Sequence record: SRR31156797_1270
Strand: one strand, 5' to 3'
Length of the DNA stretch: 64,000 bases
Part shown: positions 41,613 through 50,905 of the stretch, one piece after another
Numbering within the stretch: the first letter of the stretch is position 1
Layout: every line of letters begins with the position of its first letter
Translations under genes and position numbers: made by a program
The notes under the pieces: generated by a model
Seen by the model: the letters and a program-made list of their open reading frames with translations, nothing else
What the model was told of the DNA's origin: nothing
Databases searched by the model: none

Positions 41613-42236
41613 CTACTTAGCGGTCACCCAGAGAATGTGCGCGTCGTCTTCGCTTAATGAGGTCAGCATATGCCCCATGTTCGCATCGTAATAAACACTG
41701 TCACCCGCTTCTAATCTAACCGGCTCATAAAATTCGGTGTAGAACATCACTTCGCCTTCAAGGATCAGCAAAAACTCTTCTCCATCGTGACGAACCCAAT
41801 CGCTATACTCTTCAAAAGCCCGAGCTCTGACACGACTTTTAAAGGGCATCATTTTCTTATTAGAAAGCTGAGTGGCCAACAGTTCATGTTCGTAAGTTTG
41901 GGTTGGGTGTGGTTTACCGGATACCTTTCGCGTGATATCCCTACGTCCGGTTGCTAAAATTTTCTTAGGTGGTTCAAACAGTTGTGGCATATCTATCTGT
42001 AAACCGTAGGCTAGTTTCTGCATTGCTTGAAACGTTGGAGAGATCTGTTCGTTCTCTATTTTGCTCAGTGTAGAACGTGCCAACCCGGTGCGGTTACTCG
42101 CTTCTTCTAAGGTGATACCAAGTTTTGCACGAATATCTTTTATTCGTGCACCCAGTTTTAACGGTTCGATATTTTGTTCACTTGCTTCTTTCGCAAGCGT
42201 CATTGATGGGTACTCATCATAAATGTCTTCAGACAT
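41613..42236 (-). CDS. XRE-family HTH + cupin transcriptional regulator of the gcv cluster
   Basis: HTH TLEEASNRTGLARSTLSKIENEQISPT; cupin HDGEEF...YYDANMGH. Confidence 0.88.
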   Translation of the reverse strand: MSEDIYDEYPSMTLAKEASEQNIEPLKLGARIKDIRAKLGITLEEASNRTGLARSTLSKIENEQISPTFQAMQKLAYGLQIDMPQLFEPPKKILATGRRDITRKVSGKPHPTQTYEHELLATQLSNKKMMPFKSRVRARAFEEYSDWVRHDGEEFLLILEGEVMFYTEFYEPVRLEAGDSVYYDANMGHMLTSLSEDDAHILWVTAK

Positions 42237-42548
42237 GCTTTCCCTCTAGTATTGAACTTTCCTGCATTTAACCGCATTGTGGCACAAAGGTAATCATTGA
42301 TTAAAGAGTAGCGTTCGAAATAAAGCGTGTCCTAGATAGCAAAACTTTGACATCTGTTTCCAATAGGAAATTTTTGATTGATTGTTGTCACACCAAAGAG
42401 TATGTTACGTCCTTGTTAGGGATACTAATCTGAGCTTAAGTAAACGAGCGAAAATAATTCACAAAAATAACTACTCTTCTTGAGCTTAAATTTCGAACAT
42501 TTTCTAACATTAAAATTTGTTGTTTTGTATGTAACCAAGTCATGCAGT

Positions 42549-42698
42549 GTTGATCTCATCATCCGTGACAAAAATGGCATATTTGATACAGAGAAACCTA
42601 TGATTACCTCTGGTAGTTAAATCTTGTACTAATCTGTGAATGCTGATGGTTACTGTGAAGAATTTAAATTCATCGTTGGCAAAGTAATAGAGGCTTGA
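42549..42698 (+). pseudogene. glyA: Eroded C-terminal relic of serine hydroxymethyltransferase (glyA)
   Basis: One frame reads [47 protein letters not shown], collinear with the SHMT C-terminal motif as I recall it ([23 protein letters not shown]...GFGAEEFKLIG); sits where Vibrio glyA normally lies, between the regulator and gcvH. Confidence 0.8.
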
Positions 42699-42787
42699 AA
42701 CGATGAACCAATTAATCATTTCTTGATTCTATTTCCAGTGGGGATAGTGATAGAGAATAATTTAGATACGTTTTTGGAGAATTAGCA

Positions 42788-43168
42788 ATGGACAATACAC
42801 TGAAGTTTGCAGAAAGCCATGAATGGGTACGTGATAACGGTGATGGCACGGTTACAATTGGTATTTCTGAGCACGCTCAAGAAATGCTAGGTGACGTTGT
42901 ATTCGTTGAACTACCAGAAGTAGATGCTGAGATTGATGCAGGCGACAGTTTTTCACTTGTTGAATCAGTAAAAGCAGCATCCGACATTTATGCACCGGTG
43001 ACCGGTGTTGTCGTTGAAGTGAACGAAGAGCTTGGTGACAGCCCTGAACTGATCAACGAAGAGCCTTATGAAGGTGGCTGGATTGTTAAAGTAAAAATGT
43101 CTGAACCATCAGAACTCGACGATCTAAAAAACGCCGAAGATTACCTAAGCTCAATCGAAGAAGACTAA
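42788..43168 (+). CDS. gcvH: Glycine cleavage system H protein
   Basis: [15 protein letters not shown], lipoyl-Lys motif VESVKAASD. Confidence 0.97.
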   Translation: MDNTLKFAESHEWVRDNGDGTVTIGISEHAQEMLGDVVFVELPEVDAEIDAGDSFSLVESVKAASDIYAPVTGVVVEVNEELGDSPELINEEPYEGGWIVKVKMSEPSELDDLKNAEDYLSSIEED

Positions 43169-43180
43169 TTAATAAAACAG

Positions 43181-43209
43181 AAAAGCTGTCCATTTTGGGC
43201 GGCTTTTTT
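43181..43209 (+). terminator. Terminator-like hairpin between gcvH and gcvP
   Basis: AAAAGCTGTCCA-TTT-TGGGCGGCTTTTTT (G:U pairs, U-tract). Confidence 0.6.
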
Positions 43210-43257
43210 CAAAACTGCGGAACCCAGTAGTACCGTGGTTTTAGAAGGTAAAGGAAA

Positions 43258-46119
43258 ATGACAGAATTACTTCACAGCCTAAGCACACAAAATGAATTCG
43301 TTGCTCGACACAACGGCCCTAACCTTGAAGAACAAGCGAAGATGCTTGGTCTTATCAAATCTGAAAGTTTAAACGCTCTGATTGCAGAAACAGTACCTGC
43401 AAACATTCGTCTTGAGTCTCCAATGAACTTGGCACCCGCTAAAAGTGAAGCAGATATGCTTGCTGCTATGCGAGTGTTTGCTGATCAAAACCAAGTTAAG
43501 CGCACTTTCATCGGCCAAGGTTACTACAACACTTTCACTCCTAACGTCATCCTACGTAATGTTCTAGAAAACCCAGGTTGGTATACAGCTTATACTCCTT
43601 ATCAACCAGAGATTTCTCAAGGACGTTTGGAAGCTCTACTGAATTACCAGCAAATGGTCATGGACTTGACTGGTATGGATATCGCCAACGCATCTCTTCT
43701 TGATGAAGCCACTGCGGCAGCAGAAGCCATGGCTTTATGTAAACGCGCTGGTAAAAGTAAAAGCAATGTGTTCTTTGTTGCTGACGACGTTCACCCTCAA
43801 ACCATTGAAGTGGTGAAGACTCGTGCGGAGTTTATCGGTTTTGAAATTCAAGTTGGCGCAATCGATTGCCTTGCTGAACAAGATGTATTCGGTGCCCTAC
43901 TCCAGTACCCAAATACCACTGGTGAAGTTCGTGATTTGACAGACATCATCGAAAAAGCACACGCAAACAAAACACTGGTAACAGTTGCAACTGACTTAAT
44001 GGCAAGCACACTACTCAAACCTGCAGGTGAGATGGGCGCAGATGTTGTCATCGGCTCAGCACAGCGTTTTGGTGTTCCAATGGGCTATGGTGGTCCTCAC
44101 GCTGCATTTATGGCAACACGTGATGCTTACAAACGCACTATGCCTGGCCGTGTTATTGGCGTTTCAATCGATAGCAAAGGCAACCAAGCGCTACGTATGG
44201 CGATGCAGACTCGTGAGCAACACATCCGCCGCGAAAAAGCGACATCAAATATCTGTACCGCTCAGGCTCTGCTTGCCAACATGGCCTCTTTCTACGCGGT
44301 ATACCACGGAGCTGAAGGCCTGCTAACTATTGCTCGTCGTACTCATCACCTGACTGCGATTCTAGCTGCTGGCCTAACGAAATCAGGCTACGAGCTAGCA
44401 CACAATAGTTTCTTCGACACGATTACCATCAACACGGGTAACAACACCGAACTTCTGTACCAAAAAGCTCAACAAGCAGACATCAACCTGCGTAAACTTC
44501 CAGAGCAACTGGGTATGAGCTTAGATGAGACCACAACAGTGACAGATATCGAAGCACTGTTTGCCGTATTTGATGTAAAACAAGAGATCAACGTACTTTC
44601 AAGCGATATTGCGTCAAATGAGTTTGCCGCAATCCCAGAAAATTGCCGTCGTACTTCTGAGTACTTAACTCACCCAGTTTTCAATACCCACCGTAGTGAA
44701 ACGCAAATGATGCGTTACCTGAAGAAACTTGAAAATAAAGACTTCTCTCTAACACACGGTATGATCCCTCTAGGCAGCTGTACGATGAAGTTAAACGCAG
44801 CAGCTGAAATGATCCCAGTAACCTGGCCTGAATTTGGTGCACTGCATCCGTTCGCACCTAAAGAGCAAGCGGCGGGTTACACAGCACTAGCGATTGATTT
44901 AAAAGAGAAGCTATGTGAAATCACAGGCTACGATGCGTTTTCTCTACAACCAAACTCAGGTGCATCAGGTGAGTACGCAGGTCTGCTTGCGATTCAACGT
45001 TACCACCAGAGCCGTGGCGAAGGTCACCGTAACGTGTGTTTGATTCCAAGTTCTGCGCACGGCACTAACCCTGCAACAGCATCCATGGTTTCAATGAAAG
45101 TAGTCGTGGTGAAATGTGACGACAACGGTAACATCGACTTAGCAGACCTAGCCGCTAAGATTGAAAAACATCAGGAAAACCTATCAAGCATCATGATTAC
45201 TTACCCTTCTACACACGGTGTATTCGAAGAGCAAGTGCGTGAAGTGTGCGATATGGTGCACGCTGCTGGCGGTCAAGTTTACCTAGATGGCGCAAACATG
45301 AACGCTCAGGTTGGTTTAACTTCTCCAGGTTTCATTGGTTCTGACGTTTCTCACTTGAACCTGCACAAAACTTTCTGTATCCCACACGGTGGTGGCGGTC
45401 CTGGTATGGGTCCTATTGGTGTTAAATCACACCTAGCGCCTTTCCTTCCAGGCCATATCGAAGACGGTGTTGATGGTTCAGATTACGCAGTATCCGCAGC
45501 AGATATTGGTAGCGCTTCAATTCTACCTATTTCGTGGGCTTACATTGCCATGATGGGTTCTGAAGGCTTAACTGAAGCAACAAAAGTTGCGATCCTTAAC
45601 GCTAACTATGTGATGGAACGTTTACGCTCTCACTACCCTGTTCTTTACCGTGGTACTAACGGCCGCGTAGCACACGAATGTATTGTCGATATTCGTCCGC
45701 TTAAAGAAGAGACAGGCATTAGCGAAGAAGATATCGCAAAACGTTTAATGGACTATGGTTTCCATGCGCCAACCATGTCTTTCCCTGTAGCAGGCACACT
45801 GATGGTTGAGCCTACTGAATCTGAAGACTTGGCTGAGCTTGACCGCTTCTGTGACGCAATGATTGCTATCCGTGAAGAAATCAACAAAGTACACACTGGT
45901 GTTTGGCCATTGGAAAACAACCCGCTAGTGAATGCACCGCATACTCAAGTAGATTTAACCAGTGATGAATGGGCACACCCTTACTCACGTGAAATCGCTT
46001 GTTTCCCAAGTGTACAAGCGAAAGATGCCAAGTACTGGCCAACAGTGAATCGCGTAGATAACGTCTACGGCGACCGTAACTTAATCTGCTCATGTCCTAG
46101 TATCGAAAGTTACGAGTAG
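43258..46119 (+). CDS. gcvP: Glycine dehydrogenase (decarboxylating), P protein
   Basis: [27 protein letters not shown] motif [15 protein letters not shown]. Confidence 0.97.
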   Translation: MTELLHSLSTQNEFVARHNGPNLEEQAKMLGLIKSESLNALIAETVPANIRLESPMNLAPAKSEADMLAAMRVFADQNQVKRTFIGQGYYNTFTPNVILRNVLENPGWYTAYTPYQPEISQGRLEALLNYQQMVMDLTGMDIANASLLDEATAAAEAMALCKRAGKSKSNVFFVADDVHPQTIEVVKTRAEFIGFEIQVGAIDCLAEQDVFGALLQYPNTTGEVRDLTDIIEKAHANKTLVTVATDLMASTLLKPAGEMGADVVIGSAQRFGVPMGYGGPHAAFMATRDAYKRTMPGRVIGVSIDSKGNQALRMAMQTREQHIRREKATSNICTAQALLANMASFYAVYHGAEGLLTIARRTHHLTAILAAGLTKSGYELAHNSFFDTITINTGNNTELLYQKAQQADINLRKLPEQLGMSLDETTTVTDIEALFAVFDVKQEINVLSSDIASNEFAAIPENCRRTSEYLTHPVFNTHRSETQMMRYLKKLENKDFSLTHGMIPLGSCTMKLNAAAEMIPVTWPEFGALHPFAPKEQAAGYTALAIDLKEKLCEITGYDAFSLQPNSGASGEYAGLLAIQRYHQSRGEGHRNVCLIPSSAHGTNPATASMVSMKVVVVKCDDNGNIDLADLAAKIEKHQENLSSIMITYPSTHGVFEEQVREVCDMVHAAGGQVYLDGANMNAQVGLTSPGFIGSDVSHLNLHKTFCIPHGGGGPGMGPIGVKSHLAPFLPGHIEDGVDGSDYAVSAADIGSASILPISWAYIAMMGSEGLTEATKVAILNANYVMERLRSHYPVLYRGTNGRVAHECIVDIRPLKEETGISEEDIAKRLMDYGFHAPTMSFPVAGTLMVEPTESEDLAELDRFCDAMIAIREEINKVHTGVWPLENNPLVNAPHTQVDLTSDEWAHPYSREIACFPSVQAKDAKYWPTVNRVDNVYGDRNLICSCPSIESYE

Positions 46120-46147
46120 TTACTAAGCTAGCAACTTTTATACAAAC

Positions 46148-46176
46148 AAAAGGCGAACCATTGGGTTCGCCTTTTT
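46148..46176. terminator. Bidirectional intrinsic terminator
   Basis: AAAAGGCGAACC-ATTG-GGTTCGCCTTTTT. Confidence 0.85.
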
Positions 46177-46211
46177 ACTTTGTTTAAATAACCGTAGAAA
46201 ACATCAACGCT

Positions 46212-46709
46212 TTACTTCCCTGACGAACTTTTTTCGTCCAGCAACATGGTATGGTTAGCAATCAGCATAGTTTGATTGCCCGACCGCACATATGTGCGCA
46301 TGAAATGAAAAACTAATAGTGGACGGTGATCCGGTTGATTAACATCACCGACCGGCCTCTTAACCTCTGTGAACCCAAAAACAACGGCGGTACCTGAATC
46401 GATTAATACCGAAACATCTCTTTGCTTTCGCTCTCCCGAACGCATAGATTTTGGTCGTGAGGCTATATGGGCAAAAGCAGAATCAAAGAATTGTAAGAAA
46501 TGCGTTTTTGTATGTTGAATCATCTCTGCTTGGTTATGAACCCACACAAAATCTCGGTGCACGAGTTTTTCTACAACCGAACGATTCCCTTCATTCAATG
46601 CATTTTCCCAAGATTGATCTAGTAATTTAACTACCTTGACATCGAAAGCTTCAGTAGATGAAATACCCATACCTTCCCTATCAACCAACGCTGATTGAGA
46701 TATTTCCAT
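46212..46709 (-). CDS. NTF2-like / DUF4440-type protein
   Basis: W..AL..G....VEKLVHRDFVWVH, VLIDSGTAVVFG and FMRTYVR....LIANH fit the SnoaL/NTF2 fold. Confidence 0.7.
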   Translation of the reverse strand: MEISQSALVDREGMGISSTEAFDVKVVKLLDQSWENALNEGNRSVVEKLVHRDFVWVHNQAEMIQHTKTHFLQFFDSAFAHIASRPKSMRSGERKQRDVSVLIDSGTAVVFGFTEVKRPVGDVNQPDHRPLLVFHFMRTYVRSGNQTMLIANHTMLLDEKSSSGK

Positions 46710-46772
46710 CGTTATCCCGCATAAATAGTACCAGTAGGAAGTTGTATAAAATCCCCGTTCATTGTCGCTAGA

Positions 46773-47414
46773 TTAGTAATCTTCTCGCCCTTTCAATTCA
46801 GAGAAGTCACTCATGATCCATTTGGTATAGCCAGGGCGTTTTTTTAACACTTCATACCAACGGTCTACATTAGAGGGAAGATCCACCTGTAAGCCTTGAG
46901 ATACTAAGCGATAGATAACGGCCCCGACCACTATGTCAGCAAGAGATATAGCACTTCCAACTAGATATTTGTTGTTTGATAACTGAGCATCAATGTCCTG
47001 TAAGCAGCGATGACAAGTATTCAATTGTCTGTTTACTTCTTCCATATTACGTTTCGTTTCAGGCATTCGGTAATACCCCCAGAATGTCCCCATAAAAGCT
47101 GGCTGAAATATTAACTGTGACCAATCAAGCCATCTTTCATACAACGACCTCTCGTATGGGCTATCGGGATACCAAGACTCATCGCCATAACTGGCAACTA
47201 GGTAACGTAAAATGGTGTGCGATTCCCACACCGATTTATCCCCATCAACCAACACAGGAACTTTTTTAAGAGGATTCAATCTCACAAACTCTTCAGCATC
47301 TAATCCGCCAAACTTTCCACCCAGTTCTACATGCTCATAACCAATATTGAGTTCTTCCAACAACCAAAGAACTTTCTGCACATTAAACGAGGTTGTACGA
47401 CCGAAGACTTTCAT
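46773..47414 (-). CDS. Glutathione S-transferase (GstB-like)
   Basis: GRTTSFNVQKVLW, NPLKKVPVL.DG...WESHTILRYL, SLADI. Confidence 0.9.
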   Translation of the reverse strand: MKVFGRTTSFNVQKVLWLLEELNIGYEHVELGGKFGGLDAEEFVRLNPLKKVPVLVDGDKSVWESHTILRYLVASYGDESWYPDSPYERSLYERWLDWSQLIFQPAFMGTFWGYYRMPETKRNMEEVNRQLNTCHRCLQDIDAQLSNNKYLVGSAISLADIVVGAVIYRLVSQGLQVDLPSNVDRWYEVLKKRPGYTKWIMSDFSELKGREDY

Positions 47415-47918
47415 TAGCTTTTCCTAGTTACAAGATTCACAAAACTTCATTTAAGAGAGTTAAGACCTATATGTTTCATTGGGTCACTCACTAAACAACA
47501 AGCAGCTCTGAATGATATATCATCTTATTAAGATCAATCCCATGCATACTCATAAACACCACATTTACATAAGAGAGTTAACTTTGAGTCGCTAATCACA
47601 CATTTCTTAGTTGACTATCCCTCTCATTCATGAAATTCAAGCTCTCAATAAAAGGACTCCATACACATGTCAGTTATTTTTACGCAGCTATGATCGAAAC
47701 AACCCTAGACATTTCGCAATATAGGCTACTCGACCTGAGTCAACCCTCAGCGAAACAATAATCCCCCTGCCAATATTTATTCGATAACAATTATTATAAA
47801 ACAATAGGTTAAGTAGAATTTTCAGCGTTAACCTAGTCACTTGAGCCCTTCTTACAAAACTTCAATAATGCAAACTAAAACTCAATTCAAACAACCAACA
47901 AAACTGACAAACATAAAC

Positions 47919-47937
47919 GTGTCAGGAATCTTTACAC
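47919..47937. promoter_or_regulatory. Enhancer-binding-protein site (PEP-CTERM/PrsR-type box)
   Basis: GTGT-CAGGAATCTTT-ACAC = TGT-N11-ACA; reverse strand reads TGTAAAGATTCCTGACA. Confidence 0.7.
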
Positions 47938-47957
47938 TTAGAAAAAAGCCTACTCAT

Positions 47958-47970
47958 TAACCTATTGATA
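47958..47970 (-). promoter_or_regulatory. IHF binding site
   Basis: Reverse strand TATCAATAGGTTA, perfect match to WATCAANNNNTTR, between the enhancer and the sigma54 promoter. Confidence 0.7.
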
Positions 47971-47988
47971 CTAATACTAATTAAAACA

Positions 47989-48004
47989 TGGTCTCATTCT
48001 TGCA
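47989..48004 (+). promoter_or_regulatory. Sigma54 (-24/-12) promoter
   Basis: TGGTCTCATTCTTGCA: GG at 47990-91 and GC at 48002-03, exact GG-N10-GC spacing with TTGCA. Confidence 0.75.
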
Positions 48005-48055
48005 AATTAGCGATCGCTTGTATTGCAGTTAGAAAATATAACCAGAGAACAAAGA

Positions 48056-48769
48056 ATGAAAAAAATATTAGTTTCTTGCGGCCTAATGCTACTTAGCCTC
48101 AGCACTCATGCTACCGTTATCTCAGTCTTAGAAGATGAAACTAATGGCGGTGGTTTTTTCGCGCAGGTTGCCGTTGAAAATGTCGCTACAAATACCGTCA
48201 GTATTTCGGCGGATATTTCGAATACTTTTAACTCTGGGATAACTAAAGGTGACATTCTGTCTCTGTGGTTTAATTTGTCTGATTTATCCGGCTTAGGCAA
48301 TACACCGATCTTAAGCAACATTTTGGTTAACGGCATGGAAATGAACAGCAATGAATTTTTCTCAGGTGCTTCGCTGCTGCTCGGCCAAAACGTCACAACC
48401 ACCAATAGTCGTGGTCGAAAAAATAACAACCTTAATGGAACAGGTACAGACAATTGGGATTTGTTTATAGAAACCGGACAAAATGGAGCCAAATACGATT
48501 TTATTCAAAGTTTAAGCTTTGACTTTACTTTGACAGGGCTTGATGAAAGCTACTTTAGTAATCAACAAATCGCTATGCGGGTTCAGAGTATAGAAAATAC
48601 AGACTATTTTTCAGAGGGTTCTTCTAAATTACTCGGCGTTGGGTTTGAAGAGTCTCTGATACCCATTGACACAACAAACGTTGCAGTACCAGAACCAACA
48701 ACTTTAGGCTTGTTTGGCTTAGCGCTGCTCCTACTTGGACTATCAACACGTAGATCTTTGAAGAAATAG
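48056..48769 (+). CDS. PEP-CTERM sorting-domain surface protein
   Basis: Signal peptide MKKILVSCGLMLLSLSTHA; Asn/Ser/Thr-rich body; C-terminal VPEPTTLGLFGLALLLLGLSTRRSLKK. Confidence 0.92.
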   Translation: MKKILVSCGLMLLSLSTHATVISVLEDETNGGGFFAQVAVENVATNTVSISADISNTFNSGITKGDILSLWFNLSDLSGLGNTPILSNILVNGMEMNSNEFFSGASLLLGQNVTTTNSRGRKNNNLNGTGTDNWDLFIETGQNGAKYDFIQSLSFDFTLTGLDESYFSNQQIAMRVQSIENTDYFSEGSSKLLGVGFEESLIPIDTTNVAVPEPTTLGLFGLALLLLGLSTRRSLKK

Positions 48770-48892
48770 CGTCCCAGTGACAGTACGTACGCTTACTCGT
48801 TTTTATTAACCTAAATGACTTAACCTTAGTCATACTCTCGGATATCAACCCGTGCTAGCATCTAAACTCAAACACGAGTTAGGAAGTTAGCC

Positions 48893-49240
48893 ATGTCATC
48901 AGATTACTATGGAACCAGTGCAAACTATGCACGTAAAGAAGCAGATTATCGTGAAAGAGCACTGAAACTTTATCCTTGGGTATGCGGAAGATGTGCTCGT
49001 GAGTTTGTTTACTCAAATCTACGAGAATTAACGGTTCATCACAAAGACCATGATCACACCAACAATCCACTTGATGGCAGTAACTGGGAACTACTTTGTC
49101 TTTATTGCCATGATAACGAACACAGTAAGTATCTAGAGCATGAGCGATACGGCAGTGAAATTAAACCGGGTGACGATGAACACCAAGCAGCAACCTATAA
49201 CCCCTTTGCTGATTTAGCGAAAATGATGGAAAAGAAGTAA
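48893..49240 (+). CDS. yajD: YajD-family HNH nuclease
   Basis: YRERALKLYPWVCGRC, TVHHKDHDHTNNPLDGSNWELLCLYCHDNEH, TYNPFADL. Confidence 0.9.
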   Translation: MSSDYYGTSANYARKEADYRERALKLYPWVCGRCAREFVYSNLRELTVHHKDHDHTNNPLDGSNWELLCLYCHDNEHSKYLEHERYGSEIKPGDDEHQAATYNPFADLAKMMEKK

Positions 49241-49245
49241 CAAAA

Positions 49246-49270
49246 ACGGCTCGCGGGGGAAGCGAGCCGT
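49246..49270. terminator. Terminator hairpin between convergent genes
   Basis: ACGGCTCGC-GGGGGAA-GCGAGCCGT preceded by an A-tract (U-tract on the minus strand). Confidence 0.7.
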
Positions 49271-49288
49271 GACATGATAATATCGAAA

Positions 49289-49519
49289 TTAGTGCTCAGG
49301 CATCTCGAACAACTTCACCACATTATCCGCAGCATTATTCATAGCTTGTACACTATCCAGCATTCCTGAACTCGCAGGTCCAAGCGCGTGTGAATATAGG
49401 TCTAGCTGTTTATCAAACGGTAAATCCAACTGTTCATACAAACTTTGTCGGATCTTAGCGTGGTTTTCGGGGGCTTGATTTGCAAGGCTGACAAGAGCCT
49501 CATAAATAATAGTTTTCAT
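49289..49519 (-). CDS. Vibrio Pas factor family small protein (saposin-like fold)
   Basis: 76 aa; HAKIRQSLYEQLDLPFDKQL.LYS..LGPASSG matches my recall of the Vibrio PAS factor. Confidence 0.75.
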   Translation of the reverse strand: MKTIIYEALVSLANQAPENHAKIRQSLYEQLDLPFDKQLDLYSHALGPASSGMLDSVQAMNNAADNVVKLFEMPEH

Positions 49520-49759
49520 ACAGTGTCCATTTTATTTGATTTTCTCAGGTACATTCCCAATTGTAGTCGGGTTACAAACGTAAATCTTACCCAACATCAC
49601 ATAACAAAATGTTTACCTTGAATTTATACCACCGCCCCATTTAATAACCTAATACTCACTTAGTCATCAGAAAATATTAACAAATCAAAAGGTAAATCTG
49701 TTGACCTAATTTGACCTAAACATCTATGCTAATCCGATGCTTATACTAGGAAATTCACT

Positions 49760-50242
49760 ATGGGATCAAACCTACCTCCAAGTTTTACACGCGTTTTCTT
49801 AAAGATTTATCATCTCATTGAGGCGGTGTTACTTGTAGCGATAACACTGGCCACGTTGTTTGCCATCGGCAACGAGTTTATCCATGTTTTCACCGAACAA
49901 ACGGTACTACTCACCGATATCTTGTTGATGTTCATTTATCTGGAAGTCCTTTCCATGGTACAGCAGTTCGTCACCAACGGAAAAATTCCCGTTAGATACC
50001 CGATTTACATAGCCATCATGGCCATTGCCCGTTACATCACATTAGGCATGAAAGAGCTGGATGGCGTGTTCGTTGTTTGGTTATCGCTGGCAGCCCTGAT
50101 CCTTGCCATCGCAACTATCGTGATCCGAGTGGGTCACTATTTCTGGCCTTATGAAAGGATCGTAAAACGCTATCACCCTTTGGACAGAAAAATAGCCAAG
50201 CAAGGTGAAAGCAACATCGAAATAAAAGAAGATATAGACTGA
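49760..50242 (+). CDS. PsiE-family membrane protein
   Basis: Four TMs; DILLMFIYLEV and IPVRYPIYIAIMAIARYI. Confidence 0.85.
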   Translation: MGSNLPPSFTRVFLKIYHLIEAVLLVAITLATLFAIGNEFIHVFTEQTVLLTDILLMFIYLEVLSMVQQFVTNGKIPVRYPIYIAIMAIARYITLGMKELDGVFVVWLSLAALILAIATIVIRVGHYFWPYERIVKRYHPLDRKIAKQGESNIEIKEDID

Positions 50243-50307
50243 TAAAAATAAGGTCTGGCGACCCAATGGCGTCATAGCACCTAATACTTGCACATAAGGA
50301 TATAAAA

Positions 50308-50850
50308 ATGAGCCCTATTTACGATATTGAGTTAGAAACAATTGAAGGTAAACAACAAACGCTCGCCGATTACAGAGGGAAAACTCTACTAATCGTCAAC
50401 ACAGCCTCTGAATGTGGTTTAACGCCACAATACGAAGCATTAGAGGCACTTTACCAAGCAGAAAAAGACAATGGTTTGGAAATTCTTGGCTTCCCTTGTA
50501 ACCAGTTTGGTGCCCAAGAACCGGGACAAGAAGCAGACATTCAATCTTTCTGTACTATGCGTTACGGAGTAACCTTTCCTTTGTTCAGCAAAGTGGAAGT
50601 GAATGGAGAAGGTCGCCACCCGCTCTACCAACAGCTATTTTCTGCTCTTCCGGAGCGTACAACCGCTTCTGACAGTGATTTTGTTGAAAAGCTTAAAGGG
50701 TATGGCTTTGAGGTCAAAGAAGGTAACGTTTTGTGGAACTTCGAAAAGTTCCTAGTAAGTAAAGAGGGTGAGGTCATTGGCCATTTCGCACCAGATATGA
50801 CACCTGATCATGAAATCTTATCTAAAGCAATAAAAGACGCATTGGCTTAA
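50308..50850 (+). CDS. Glutathione/thioredoxin peroxidase (BtuE-like, Cys type)
   Basis: VNTASECGLTPQY, LGFPCNQFG.QEPG, WNFEKFLV. Confidence 0.93.
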   Translation: MSPIYDIELETIEGKQQTLADYRGKTLLIVNTASECGLTPQYEALEALYQAEKDNGLEILGFPCNQFGAQEPGQEADIQSFCTMRYGVTFPLFSKVEVNGEGRHPLYQQLFSALPERTTASDSDFVEKLKGYGFEVKEGNVLWNFEKFLVSKEGEVIGHFAPDMTPDHEILSKAIKDALA

Positions 50851-50856
50851 CGTAAA

Positions 50857-50884
50857 GAAGCCGTACTCACACAAGTACGGCTTC
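50857..50884. terminator. Terminator-like hairpin between convergent genes
   Basis: GAAGCCGTACT-CACACA-AGTACGGCTTC. Confidence 0.7.
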
Positions 50885-50905
50885 CATTTCTACTCTTTAC
50901 ACAAG

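Noticed and set aside
48893-49240. HNH nuclease as a defence or mobile-element gene
   Set aside because: Matches the conserved chromosomal YajD family; no associated methylase, integrase or repeats
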